Source: a virus (taxonomy: Duplodnaviria > Caudoviricetes). Taken from it: a stretch of 30,790 nucleotides of DNA. Made by a program: the position numbers and the translations under genes. This document shows positions 9,234 through 17,793 of the stretch, in pieces (within the stretch, counting starts at the first letter, position 1; each line of letters opens with the position of its first letter). Below the pieces are notes generated by a model. The model ran no database searches and was not told where the DNA came from. It was given only the letters and a program-made list of their open reading frames with translations. The stretch spans positions 1 through 30,790 of the IMG/VR virus record IMGVR_UViG_3300033076_001106. The stretch is one strand, 5' to 3'.

Positions 9234-9425
9234 GTTTTCTTGTTCTTCAAACAATTGTTGTTTGTAGACAGCCTTTAACTTTTTACTTCTTTTAGCAACC
9301 GAAGGTTTAGTATACTCTTGTTTTTCTCTCAATTTTTCGGTTTGCTTAGTTTTCTGAACCTTGTATTTGTATTTCTTTAATGCAGATTCAAGGTTTTTTT
9401 CTTTACTGACGTTTACGATTAACAT
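9225..9425 (-). CDS. rpsU: phage-encoded 30S ribosomal protein bS21
   Basis: 66-aa basic protein MLIVNV...NLESALKKYKYKV.KT....LRE.QEYTKPSV.KR.K..KAVY, matching the bS21 pattern with a Bacteroidota-type N-terminus and KAxY motif. Confidence 0.93.
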   Translation of the reverse strand: MLIVNVSKEKNLESALKKYKYKVQKTKQTEKLREKQEYTKPSVAKRSKKLKAVYKQQLFEEQENSK

Positions 9426-9438
9426 ATTCTTTTTTTGA

Positions 9439-9483
9439 AATATAAATGAAATGTTTTGATTTGTTAAGTTTATTTTGTATATT
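9439..9483. promoter_or_regulatory. overlapping divergent promoter candidates (bS21 and ORF 9523)
   Basis: Minus strand TTAACA-N17-TATATT (9467-9439) overlapping a CATTTATA late-motif variant (9448-9441); plus strand TTGATT-N16-TATATT (9456-9483). Confidence 0.4.
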
Positions 9484-9522
9484 TTAAATACACCATAAAG
9501 TATATAAGTATGAAAATATTAA

Positions 9523-9948
9523 ATGAAAAAAGGGAAATTTATCTCAATCGGTGTACACAATAATGTAAAAATTGGATACGGTACGGTTGATTATAAAAAT
9601 TTAAAAACAATCTACGTCCAACTAAATTCATGGACTCAACCATTAATAAATGACCACGATTTTGATAAACTAATATCAAAAACAAGAAGGCAGATAAAAG
9701 AAAAAGTATATTCTTTAAATTCTGAATTCTTCAAAAGAGAATCAATTGTTGATTTGGATATTAAGACAAGTGGTATTAAAACAAATAAAAGGTCTTTTAT
9801 GGACCTTGAAATCACATTATACGTTGATAAATTTTTTGATGTAAGGTCTAAAGAGGTTAAAAACACTATCACCAACTTATCAGAATCTATAATAGATACC
9901 GTTTTAACGGACGAAACTTTATTTAATTTCTTTGAAAAGAAGAATTAA
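9523..9948 (+). CDS. hypothetical protein (bS21 neighbour)
   Basis: 141-aa globular-looking ORF between bS21 and the prohead protease. Confidence 0.8.
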   Translation: MKKGKFISIGVHNNVKIGYGTVDYKNLKTIYVQLNSWTQPLINDHDFDKLISKTRRQIKEKVYSLNSEFFKRESIVDLDIKTSGIKTNKRSFMDLEITLYVDKFFDVRSKEVKNTITNLSESIIDTVLTDETLFNFFEKKN

Positions 9949-9962
9949 TTAAGGATTCGGGG

Positions 9963-9970
9963 TATTTATT
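9963..9970 (+). promoter_or_regulatory. putative late promoter motif TATTTATT (protease)
   Basis: 13 nt upstream of the ATG at 9984. Confidence 0.55.
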
Positions 9971-9983
9971 ATAAAAAAGTTGG

Positions 9984-10667
9984 ATGAAAATACTCGGACC
10001 AAATGAAACCGGTAAAGGTATATTGATAGAATACGACGCCGGATATATATCACCAAAAGAGAATCAAAAAATTATCTCTGAGATGAAGGACATCGATTAC
10101 TCTCAGGATATAGTTCTCTATGCTGTTTTGCAAAAATATGATACACCGAATAAAAACGGTAGAATCTATCCTGAAAATATTCTTAAGAGAGAAAATGAAA
10201 AATATCAAACCTTAATTAAAAAGGGGAGTGCTCTTAATGAATTAAATCACCCAACATCATCTCTAATTGATTTAGATAGAGTGTCTCATTCTATTTTAGA
10301 AACATGGTGGGATGGTAAAATCTTAATGGGTAAGATAAAATTATTCACATCACCAGCATGGAAAAAAATGGGTATAGTTAGTACCAAAGGTGACCAAGCT
10401 GCGATGTTATTAATGAATGGGGCAACTCTCGGTATTTCTTCAAGAGGTGTCGGTTCCCTAAAAAACATTAAAGGACAAAACATAGTTCAAGAGGATTTTG
10501 AATTAGTATGTTTTGATTTAGTTTCCTCACCAAGTACACCAGGTGCTTACGTATTCTCTGATTTGAAAGATAGAGAACAATATCAAGAATCTTTACAAGA
10601 GAAACCTAATGATTCGGACAGAATGAAAAATTTGATGTCCAAGTTAGATACTTATTTAGGTAAATAA
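9984..10667 (+). CDS. prohead core protease (T4 gp21-like)
   Basis: NKNGRIYP, ALNELNHP (catalytic His), VSH, GISSRGVGS (catalytic Ser) and FDLVSSPSTPGAY. Confidence 0.96.
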   Translation: MKILGPNETGKGILIEYDAGYISPKENQKIISEMKDIDYSQDIVLYAVLQKYDTPNKNGRIYPENILKRENEKYQTLIKKGSALNELNHPTSSLIDLDRVSHSILETWWDGKILMGKIKLFTSPAWKKMGIVSTKGDQAAMLLMNGATLGISSRGVGSLKNIKGQNIVQEDFELVCFDLVSSPSTPGAYVFSDLKDREQYQESLQEKPNDSDRMKNLMSKLDTYLGK

Positions 10668-10720
10668 TAATTTATTATAGGTTATAATACTATAATCCGT
10701 ATTTTTTTACATTATCAACA

Positions 10721-10728
10721 TATTTATA
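10721..10728 (+). promoter_or_regulatory. putative late promoter motif TATTTATA (scaffold-capsid operon)
   Basis: 19 nt upstream of the ATG at 10748. Confidence 0.6.
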
Positions 10729-10747
10729 GGTAAATATATTTAATAAA

Positions 10748-11995
10748 ATGAGCGAAAAATCCATTCTAGAACAAGCATTACTTCAAGTACAGACTCTTGA
10801 AGAGGCAGTAAAAGCAAACGCAAAAGGTATACTTGCTTCAACTATGAAACAAGAACTCGGTGATTTGTTGAAAGAATCAATGGAAGATGAGGAAGAAGTT
10901 GTTAAAGAACAACCTAATCCTGAAGAAGACCCCGCAGATGATGTATCAGCAGATGCTGACGATAACTTAGGGGACGATAAATCGGACGAGGATGATGATG
11001 ATTCATCTGACGAACCATCTAAAGATATTGACACAAAAGACGCATCTGATGACGACTTTGGCGGCATGGGTAACATGGACGACTTTGGCGATGAAGGTGA
11101 TGACGATGTAGTTGATATGACAGGTGCTGACGAAGACGAAATTTTAAAAGTTTTCAAAGCGATGAGTCCTGAGGATGGTGTAATCGTTAAGAAAGATGAT
11201 GACCACATTGAATTGTCTGATGGTGATGATGAGTATATCATTAAGTTAGGTGAGGAAGATTTGGATGAAACCATGATGTCTGAAGAAGATGATGAAGACC
11301 ACTCTGATAAAGATTTAGAAGAGGGTGATGAGTCAGAAGATTCAGATGATGATTTGAAAGAAATGATGGACGATTCTGAAGAAACCGTTTATGAAATCGA
11401 ACTTGATGATACGAATGAAGACATGATGGGTGATGATGAACCAATGGGTGATGAATCACTTGAAGAATATGTCGACGAAGATTACAACGAAGGAGATGAT
11501 GAGTCTCAAGAAGGTGATGTTGAAGAATCTGCTCGTACAATGGGTAATGGATATCATGGAGGAATTAAATCTAAAAAGAAATTCTACGCTGGTAATAAGA
11601 GAGAAGAAATCAACGAAGAAGTTAGCAAACTTAGAAAACAAAATGATGAGTACAAGAAAGCTCTTGTATTATTCAAAGAAAAGTTAAATGAGGTTGCTGT
11701 ATTCAACGCCAACTTAGCTTACGCTACTCGTTTGTTTACTGAACACTCAACCACCAAACAAGAGAAGTTAAACATCTTAAAAAGATTCGATTCAATCTCA
11801 ACCTTGAAAGAGTCTAAGAACTTATATAGTTCTATAAAAACTGAATTGGATACTAAAAAACCTGTAACCGAATCAGTGGTTGAAAAAATAACTACGGCAC
11901 CTACGTCTTCATCTTCAAAAGTATTGTCGGAATCAAAAGCATATGAGAATCCACAATTCAAGAGAATGAAAGATTTAATGTCAAAAATAAAATAA
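10748..11995 (+). CDS. prohead scaffolding/core protein (T4 gp22-like role)
   Basis: Extremely acidic centre and coiled-coil C-terminal third; located between protease and major capsid gene. Confidence 0.8.
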   Translation: MSEKSILEQALLQVQTLEEAVKANAKGILASTMKQELGDLLKESMEDEEEVVKEQPNPEEDPADDVSADADDNLGDDKSDEDDDDSSDEPSKDIDTKDASDDDFGGMGNMDDFGDEGDDDVVDMTGADEDEILKVFKAMSPEDGVIVKKDDDHIELSDGDDEYIIKLGEEDLDETMMSEEDDEDHSDKDLEEGDESEDSDDDLKEMMDDSEETVYEIELDDTNEDMMGDDEPMGDESLEEYVDEDYNEGDDESQEGDVEESARTMGNGYHGGIKSKKKFYAGNKREEINEEVSKLRKQNDEYKKALVLFKEKLNEVAVFNANLAYATRLFTEHSTTKQEKLNILKRFDSISTLKESKNLYSSIKTELDTKKPVTESVVEKITTAPTSSSSKVLSESKAYENPQFKRMKDLMSKIK

Positions 11996-12022
11996 ACTTA
12001 AAAATTAAAAATCAATACTAAA

Positions 12023-13762
12023 ATGGGAGCATTATTAGAATCTGGTATGGTTGGTAACATTGGTCTTAAGCACCTACGTGTTATCAAAGAAGATACCATC
12101 AAAAAATGGGATGACTTAGGATTCCTTGAGGGTCTTAACGGTCACCAAAAAGACAACATCGCACAATTGTATGAAAACCAAGCTTCATACCTAATCAACG
12201 AAGCGGCTGTAGCCGATGCTTCAGGTTCATTCGAAACTGTAGTATTCCCTATCATCCGTCGTGTTTTCTCTAAATTGTTAGCGAACGACATCGTATCTGT
12301 ACAAGCAATGAACTTACCTATCGGTAAATTGTTCTACTTTGTACCTAAAATTCAAGAAAGAACTGAAGCTAACGGTCACTATCAACCTTACGGTTTCCCA
12401 AGTTCATTGACTGACCCTTCAACTGGTTACACAGGTAACAACTTGTACGACCGTTTCTATGAAGCGTCTGATGCAAATGACCAAGGTTTGTTCGACTATT
12501 CAAAAGGTTCATTCAGTACAATTACTGCAACACCTATTGAATTGGTAACATTCTCTAGCGGTACCGCATCAACACAATCATCAATTGCAACTGGTACATC
12601 TGTAGGAAGTGTAATCTTGAAAGTTTCAGGTTTCACCGCTACTTATGATGGAGCTGGTAAACTTGCAGGTCCTAACGGTCACGTTATGGATACTGAAGAA
12701 TTCTTAGCATCATTGAACGTTTCATGTGCTGAATTAAGTGGACATACCGCTGGTTATACTGCACTTCCTATCAATATCGTAACTCAAAAATACGGTAAAG
12801 GTATTGTTGAATATGGTACTAAGTCTTCAGGTAGAACAGGTAAATACAACAACATCTGTGACCAAGACGGTATTATCTACATCAACGTAGACCTTCAAGC
12901 TTACAGTTCAACTACTGGTTACACAAATTACACAGTTACAGGTTCAACTCTAAGAGCCGTTGACTTTACTGTGACTTGGAGAGAATACGCATCATTAGAA
13001 TTCGAAGAAGAAATCGGTGAAGTATCTTTCGACCTTGAATCAGTAACAGTTTCTGTAACTGAAAGAAAGTTGAGAGCTAGCTGGTCTCCTGAATTAGCAC
13101 AAGACGTAAGTGCATTCCACAACATCGATGCTGAAGCCGAATTGACAGCTTTATTGTCTGAGCAAATCGCAGCAGAAATCGACCGTGAAATCCTTCGTGA
13201 CCTTCGTAAAGGTGCCGCTTGGACAGCTAAATGGGACTACAACGAATGGAAATACGGTAATGCTGGTTCAGCATACGCTGGTTACACTCAAAAAGACTGG
13301 AACCAAACATTGGTTACCAAGATTAACCAAATCTCAGCTCAAATCCACAAAACTACCTTAAGAGGTGGAGCTAACTGGATTGTTGTATCTTCTGAGGTAT
13401 CTGCAGTATTTGATGACTTGGAATACTTCCACGTTTCAAACGCAAACCCTGAGCAAGACCAATACAACATGGGTATCGAGAAAATCGGTTCATTAGCAGG
13501 ACGTTACCAAGTGTTCCGTGACCCTTATTTACCAGCTGGTAAAATCATCATCGGTCACAAAGGTAAATCATTGTTGGACGCTGGTTACATTTACGCACCA
13601 TACGTTCCATTACAATTGACTCCTACAATGTACAACCCATTCAACTTCACACCAATCAAAGGTATCATGACTAGATACGCTAAGAAAATGGTTAACAACC
13701 GTTACTTTGGTGTGATTAACGTAAATGGATTGGCTACATTCAGTCTTGACACGTTGAGATAA
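12023..13762 (+). CDS. major capsid protein (T4 gp23-like)
   Basis: PIIRRVF...LANDIVSVQAM..P.G, RKLRASWSPELAQD..AFHNIDAEAELT..LS..I..EIDREI, DAGYIYAPYVPL, F.P.KGIMTRY; strong C-ending (high-expression) codon bias. Confidence 0.97.
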   Translation: MGALLESGMVGNIGLKHLRVIKEDTIKKWDDLGFLEGLNGHQKDNIAQLYENQASYLINEAAVADASGSFETVVFPIIRRVFSKLLANDIVSVQAMNLPIGKLFYFVPKIQERTEANGHYQPYGFPSSLTDPSTGYTGNNLYDRFYEASDANDQGLFDYSKGSFSTITATPIELVTFSSGTASTQSSIATGTSVGSVILKVSGFTATYDGAGKLAGPNGHVMDTEEFLASLNVSCAELSGHTAGYTALPINIVTQKYGKGIVEYGTKSSGRTGKYNNICDQDGIIYINVDLQAYSSTTGYTNYTVTGSTLRAVDFTVTWREYASLEFEEEIGEVSFDLESVTVSVTERKLRASWSPELAQDVSAFHNIDAEAELTALLSEQIAAEIDREILRDLRKGAAWTAKWDYNEWKYGNAGSAYAGYTQKDWNQTLVTKINQISAQIHKTTLRGGANWIVVSSEVSAVFDDLEYFHVSNANPEQDQYNMGIEKIGSLAGRYQVFRDPYLPAGKIIIGHKGKSLLDAGYIYAPYVPLQLTPTMYNPFNFTPIKGIMTRYAKKMVNNRYFGVINVNGLATFSLDTLR

Positions 13763-13783
13763 TCATAAACCATCTCATAATAG

Positions 13784-13810
13784 AAAGGGGGACATTGTCC
13801 CCCTTTTTTT
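13784..13810 (+). terminator. Rho-independent terminator after the capsid gene
   Basis: Stem AAAGGGGGAC / GTCCCCCTTT, loop ATT, T7 run. Confidence 0.9.
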
Positions 13811-13825
13811 ATGCATTATTTTTCA

Positions 13826-13833
13826 TATATTTG
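13826..13833 (+). promoter_or_regulatory. Bacteroidota-type -7 promoter element (TAnnTTTG)
   Basis: TATATTTG directly after the terminator and 4 nt before the ATG at 13838. No clear -33 TTTG seen. Confidence 0.4.
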
Positions 13834-13837
13834 TGAT

Positions 13838-14182
13838 ATGTCAAAAAAAATAATAAACAGATTAAACATTTCTGAAGAATCGATTGATTACGAAAAATTG
13901 CGTTTAGATGTTTTAAAAAACTTGGTTGATTCTAGAAATATAGAATGTAAACAAACCAAGGATGAAATGATTAAATTTTTAAAGTTAGATGATAGTGAAA
14001 AATATATAAGACCCGTTACATGTCAAAAACAGTCTGATGGTAGTTTCATTATTGGTGTGGATATTAGAGATAGTAATAACTGTAGGGAGATGGGTAAATT
14101 AGTGGAAAAAGGTATTGCCAAAAACATCAGTATTTACTCTAACAATAGAATCCATTATATTTCAAGTCAAAAACTACTATGA
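13838..14182 (+). CDS. hypothetical protein with SAP/HeH/Rho-N-like helical motif
   Basis: DYEKLRLDVLKNLVDSRNIECKQTKDEMIKFL resembles a helix-extension-helix nucleic-acid-binding motif. Start moved from 13811 (which abuts the terminator) to 13838. Confidence 0.6.
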   Translation: MSKKIINRLNISEESIDYEKLRLDVLKNLVDSRNIECKQTKDEMIKFLKLDDSEKYIRPVTCQKQSDGSFIIGVDIRDSNNCREMGKLVEKGIAKNISIYSNNRIHYISSQKLL

Positions 14183-14628
14183 ACTGGACAGATTATTTCT
14201 TAAACATTGCTGAACAAGTAAAATTAAAATCTAAAGACCAATCGACTCAGATAGGTGCTGTTATCGTTGGGGTCGACAATGAGGTACTTTCTACGGGGTA
14301 TAATTCATTTCCAAGAGGAATGGATGATACAATACAAGAACGTCAGGAAAGACCCGAAAAATACTTTTGGTTTGAACATGCTGAAAGAAACGCTATTTAT
14401 AATGCGGCAAGAGTTGGTACCGCGTTAAAAGGTTCAACAATTTATCTTACTTCGGGATTACCGTGTATGGATTGTGCAAGAGGTATTGTTAATTCAGGAA
14501 TTAAAATTGTTTGGTGTAAACGTATTTGTACCACCAAGAACAAAGAAAAGTGGGAAGAGTCTCAATTAAAAAGTATGAAATTACTTAATGAGTGTGGGGT
14601 TCAGGTGTTTTTTTACCTTAACGACTAA
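14179..14628 (+). CDS. dCMP deaminase
   Basis: SKD.STQIGAVIV, TGYN, HAERNAI and PCMDC zinc-dependent deaminase motifs. Confidence 0.93.
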   Translation: MNWTDYFLNIAEQVKLKSKDQSTQIGAVIVGVDNEVLSTGYNSFPRGMDDTIQERQERPEKYFWFEHAERNAIYNAARVGTALKGSTIYLTSGLPCMDCARGIVNSGIKIVWCKRICTTKNKEKWEESQLKSMKLLNECGVQVFFYLND

Positions 14629-14868
14629 ATCACCGTTTCCTTTAATTATTCGATGATAAGTACCCTCAGGAATAAAGATGGGGGTATTTTTTTTAATTAT
14701 AATTGGTAATTCATTATCAGTTTGAAACATCCAATCCGTATCATGTTCACAGATTACAGTTCTATCCTGTTCATCAAAGTGCCACTTCAATTCCATTTCG
14801 GATAAATCCGATGAGAATGTTCTTACATGAAATCCGTCTTGTTGTTTTTCTTTAAATGGATAATCCAT
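14581..14868 (-). CDS. small cupin-like protein
   Basis: LKWHFDEQDR and IFIPEGTYHRIIKG cupin-type motifs. ATG at 14868 forms a TAATG overlap with the upstream stop; the track start at 14874 is TTG. Confidence 0.7.
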   Translation of the reverse strand: MDYPFKEKQQDGFHVRTFSSDLSEMELKWHFDEQDRTVICEHDTDWMFQTDNELPIIIKKNTPIFIPEGTYHRIIKGNGDLVVKVKKHLNPTLIK

Positions 14869-15962
14869 TACCAAGGATTTGATGATTTGATACCTAAAGC
14901 CTTACGATATCTTGAAATATTACAACTCCAATAACCGGCAGTTGTTCTGTCTTTCTTTTGGTCACATTTGTGACGGGCTCTAAATGATTTCGCCGCCGCT
15001 TTGTTGTTATTTCTAACTCTTAAGTTAGGGTCACCAAAAGTTACTTTAACAATGTTACCACTACTGTTTTTTACGTATACACCAAATTTCTTTGGTCCAC
15101 CTGGTGTCCTAAAAGGTTTATTTAATTTTACATTACGACCTCTATGTTTTGCCTCAACAAGATACTCCTCTTCATTTAATATGAATGGAATGTCTAAATA
15201 AACTTCTTCACCTTCATATATACCTGTTAAACCTATATCGGTTTTAACCAATTCTAAATCATCCCCATCAAGAATTAAAACACCCTTATTATATAAATCT
15301 CGTGATTCATTAAATAGATTGAAGAATTTTTCAGAATAGACTCTATAAATGTTTTCAACTAATGGTTTTTCATTTTGAATGTGGTAATTTAAACCTTCAC
15401 TCAATAAATTTTTAGATTCATTTAAAGTCCAAAGTTTTGGTGGGTTATATACATCAATTATTTCGTCAAAATCAAGTGTTATATTTTTTGCCATATTTTC
15501 ATCAAATCTTGTGAATGTCGGTTTATTTCCTTTTCCTGGTTTTGGGTCATTTTTTTCTGCTCTTCTTTTTTGACTAACCATGGATTTTTTTTCTTTCTTA
15601 CTGTATGAAGATGCAATTTTTGGTGTGTCCTTTGAAACTTTTTTTTGTGGTCTACACTTTGGATAACCTTTTCTACCTTTTTCACCGTCTGCGGATTTTC
15701 TTCCACAAGGTGGATGTTTTCCGTCAATCTTACGTGAAACATCAACCCATTTTTCTTTAAACCAACGAGCTAAATCTTCTTGTAAAACTTCTCCACTTTC
15801 AATACATTCGTTAACATATGATAAATCCTCGTCACTTATGTGAATCTTCATTGTGTATTTATCCGTGTTATCGTGACCACATTTATGACACGTATATGGG
15901 TCATCCCCACCATCGGATAGTAACCAATTCCAACCACATTCACAAACGATTTTTTTATCCAT
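14868..15962 (-). CDS. multi-module protein: Zn-ribbon, two basic Cys-containing modules and an acidic spacer module
   Basis: CECGW...CHKCG; LARWFKEKWVDV...CGR...YPKCRP; PKKFGVYV...FGDPN...SFRARHKC...AGYWSC. These modules are recalled from small proteins of T4-like phages and other large viruses. Confidence 0.8.
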   Translation of the reverse strand: MDKKIVCECGWNWLLSDGGDDPYTCHKCGHDNTDKYTMKIHISDEDLSYVNECIESGEVLQEDLARWFKEKWVDVSRKIDGKHPPCGRKSADGEKGRKGYPKCRPQKKVSKDTPKIASSYSKKEKKSMVSQKRRAEKNDPKPGKGNKPTFTRFDENMAKNITLDFDEIIDVYNPPKLWTLNESKNLLSEGLNYHIQNEKPLVENIYRVYSEKFFNLFNESRDLYNKGVLILDGDDLELVKTDIGLTGIYEGEEVYLDIPFILNEEEYLVEAKHRGRNVKLNKPFRTPGGPKKFGVYVKNSSGNIVKVTFGDPNLRVRNNNKAAAKSFRARHKCDQKKDRTTAGYWSCNISRYRKALGIKSSNPW

Positions 15963-16393
15963 TACTTTTTACCTGAACAATATGAACCGGAACACTTTTT
16001 ATTTCCGTCAAGACCTTTTATTTTACCCTTACAAACTTGAACGGCATAACCATTAGCATATGCACTTGGATACACTTTGAATTTTGATTTTGCTGCGGAA
16101 ATTCCTCTAGCACAAAGTTTATTTGATTTGGCTTCATTAATTGACTCTTTGGTGGTGTTCATCATAAAATCAAAAACTTGGTCAATATTTTCTTTTGCAA
16201 CTGAGACATGGTCGTCAGCCCAATCATGACCGTTTTGTATAATAGATTCAACCACAGATGGGTCTAATTCCAATAACATTTGACATTGTCTATGTAATTG
16301 TTTTAAATTACTGAAAAACATGTAGTTTTCAGTGATATTACCATCTTTAAAATTGTCAAGTTGGTTTTTAATAATTCCTTCTAAGTTATCCAT
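15962..16393 (-). CDS. two-module protein with basic C-terminal YPSAYA module
   Basis: Acidic N-terminal half, then INE|A, then KLCARG..AAKSKFKVYPSAYANGYAVQVCKG. TAATG overlap with the next gene. Confidence 0.78.
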   Translation of the reverse strand: MDNLEGIIKNQLDNFKDGNITENYMFFSNLKQLHRQCQMLLELDPSVVESIIQNGHDWADDHVSVAKENIDQVFDFMMNTTKESINEAKSNKLCARGISAAKSKFKVYPSAYANGYAVQVCKGKIKGLDGNKKCSGSYCSGKK

Positions 16394-16396
16394 AGT

Positions 16397-16404
16397 AATA
16401 AATA
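16397..16404 (-). promoter_or_regulatory. putative late promoter motif TATTTATT
   Basis: Minus strand; 3-nt gap to the ATG at 16393. Confidence 0.6.
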
Positions 16405-16407
16405 TTT

Positions 16408-17781
16408 TTAAATCTCTGATAATATTTCAAACTTCACGTAGTCATTATAAAATATTTCCTCAGTGTACGTCTTTGATTTGAACTCCATAAAGTATTCTCT
16501 TGGAATCATAAATGATGTGTCCAAATAAAATGAATTTTCGTTGGTTACATCAACCTGAGTCCAATCATGAACAATCACATTTGTTTTACCTTCCTTGATG
16601 AATATTCGATAATAAACCTCGTCAAATAATACTGTTTTTGATTGCTCAATAGATTTAAGATAAATTACAATCTTTTTTAATTCACCTCTAATTATTTTTT
16701 CGTTCTGTTTTATACCTGAAAACTGAATTTTGTAGTTTTGAGTTTCTGTTGGATTCGTACCAATACTATATCCTGATGTGTATGGTTTTGGTACAAATTT
16801 TTGAGTAACGTCACTTATGGATATACCATCAACTGATAAACCTTTCCATTTATCATAGAAAAATCTCTTACCGTCACATAACTGACCTGTCAAACCAAAT
16901 CTTACTTTGTAAACACCCTTTCTAATTCTTGTTGTTGTTAGACCTGTAAGTCCTGAAATCGGAACACTACTTGAGTTAAGGATATCAACGGTGGGGTTAC
17001 TTGTTAAATTATAATAATTTGAACCCTTTGTCACGTATAGATAAAGGTTATTATATCTCTCCTCAATAAAATTATGTCTATTATCACTTATTCTATCATC
17101 AAAAATTGATTCAACAAATGGTTCGAAAAAAGTTTGTGTATATTTTGAAAAGAATGCAACTGATTGTTGTGTTTCGCCGGTTGTAATTGATTCGTATGCT
17201 GAGGTAAACGCTAACCCTAATCCGTGGTCAGTATTTCCTGATACTATAATACCATTTACATAATTCGTGATATCAACATTAATGTCTTCGTTACCATTGT
17301 TAAAATGAATTGTACTTAGGATTGTTGCTCCTGTATAGATTCCTGGATATGTCCACCCTGAGGTTGTTGTTCTATCGTACCAATTAGACGCTCTTGTATC
17401 GTATAATTTATTTCCTGAACTATCATCGTATGTAGATAATTCGTAATCATAACCAACACCTTCATCCCATGATTGTGGTATAGTAAATAATATTAAGTCA
17501 AAGGAAGTTGCACGGTCTTTTCCGTTAGATTTACTGTCTCCGACTAATTTGGGGTCACCAACCACCGTGTTAGTTATCTTTAGATGATGAGTAGTCCCTG
17601 AGGTAACCACCAAATCACCATTATTTACTTTTGTTTGTAAATCTGTAAAATCAACTTTAAATATGAATCTGGAATATCCATCCCCATAATAAATCTCAGT
17701 TGTTGGATTTTTTGCAGTGTTAACCCTACTATTTTCTATGATAGTATTGTTTTTAGAAAAATATGAGCGATAGTACGACAT
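16408..17781 (-). CDS. probable virion structural protein (beta-rich; tail/baseplate-associated)
   Basis: T/S/G/N/Y-rich beta-type composition with an SWDEG motif; next to the spike-like gene and preceded by the late motif. Confidence 0.6.
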   Translation of the reverse strand: MSYYRSYFSKNNTIIENSRVNTAKNPTTEIYYGDGYSRFIFKVDFTDLQTKVNNGDLVVTSGTTHHLKITNTVVGDPKLVGDSKSNGKDRATSFDLILFTIPQSWDEGVGYDYELSTYDDSSGNKLYDTRASNWYDRTTTSGWTYPGIYTGATILSTIHFNNGNEDINVDITNYVNGIIVSGNTDHGLGLAFTSAYESITTGETQQSVAFFSKYTQTFFEPFVESIFDDRISDNRHNFIEERYNNLYLYVTKGSNYYNLTSNPTVDILNSSSVPISGLTGLTTTRIRKGVYKVRFGLTGQLCDGKRFFYDKWKGLSVDGISISDVTQKFVPKPYTSGYSIGTNPTETQNYKIQFSGIKQNEKIIRGELKKIVIYLKSIEQSKTVLFDEVYYRIFIKEGKTNVIVHDWTQVDVTNENSFYLDTSFMIPREYFMEFKSKTYTEEIFYNDYVKFEILSEI

Positions 17782-17793
17782 TCCCTTTTATAG

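Noticed and set aside
10783-11274. Long antisense and alternate-frame ORFs (e.g. 2015-2422, 4114-4500, 5015-5422, 8040-8423, 10783-11274, 29407-29829, 30211-30573)
   Set aside because: They are shadows of real genes; Ser/Phe/Leu-rich translations arise from GAA/GAT/AAA codons on the opposite strand.
4851-13762. Inteins, introns or homing endonucleases in terL, portal or capsid genes
   Set aside because: ORFs are continuous and of expected size, with no splice-junction or LAGLIDADG/HNH/GIY-YIG motifs seen.
13811-13837. ORF start at 13811
   Set aside because: It abuts the terminator T-run and spans a promoter-like element; ATG 13838 is preferred.
17782-17790. AAGGGA as a Shine-Dalgarno site
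   Set aside because: It is directly adjacent to the ATG with no spacer, and other genes lack SD motifs.
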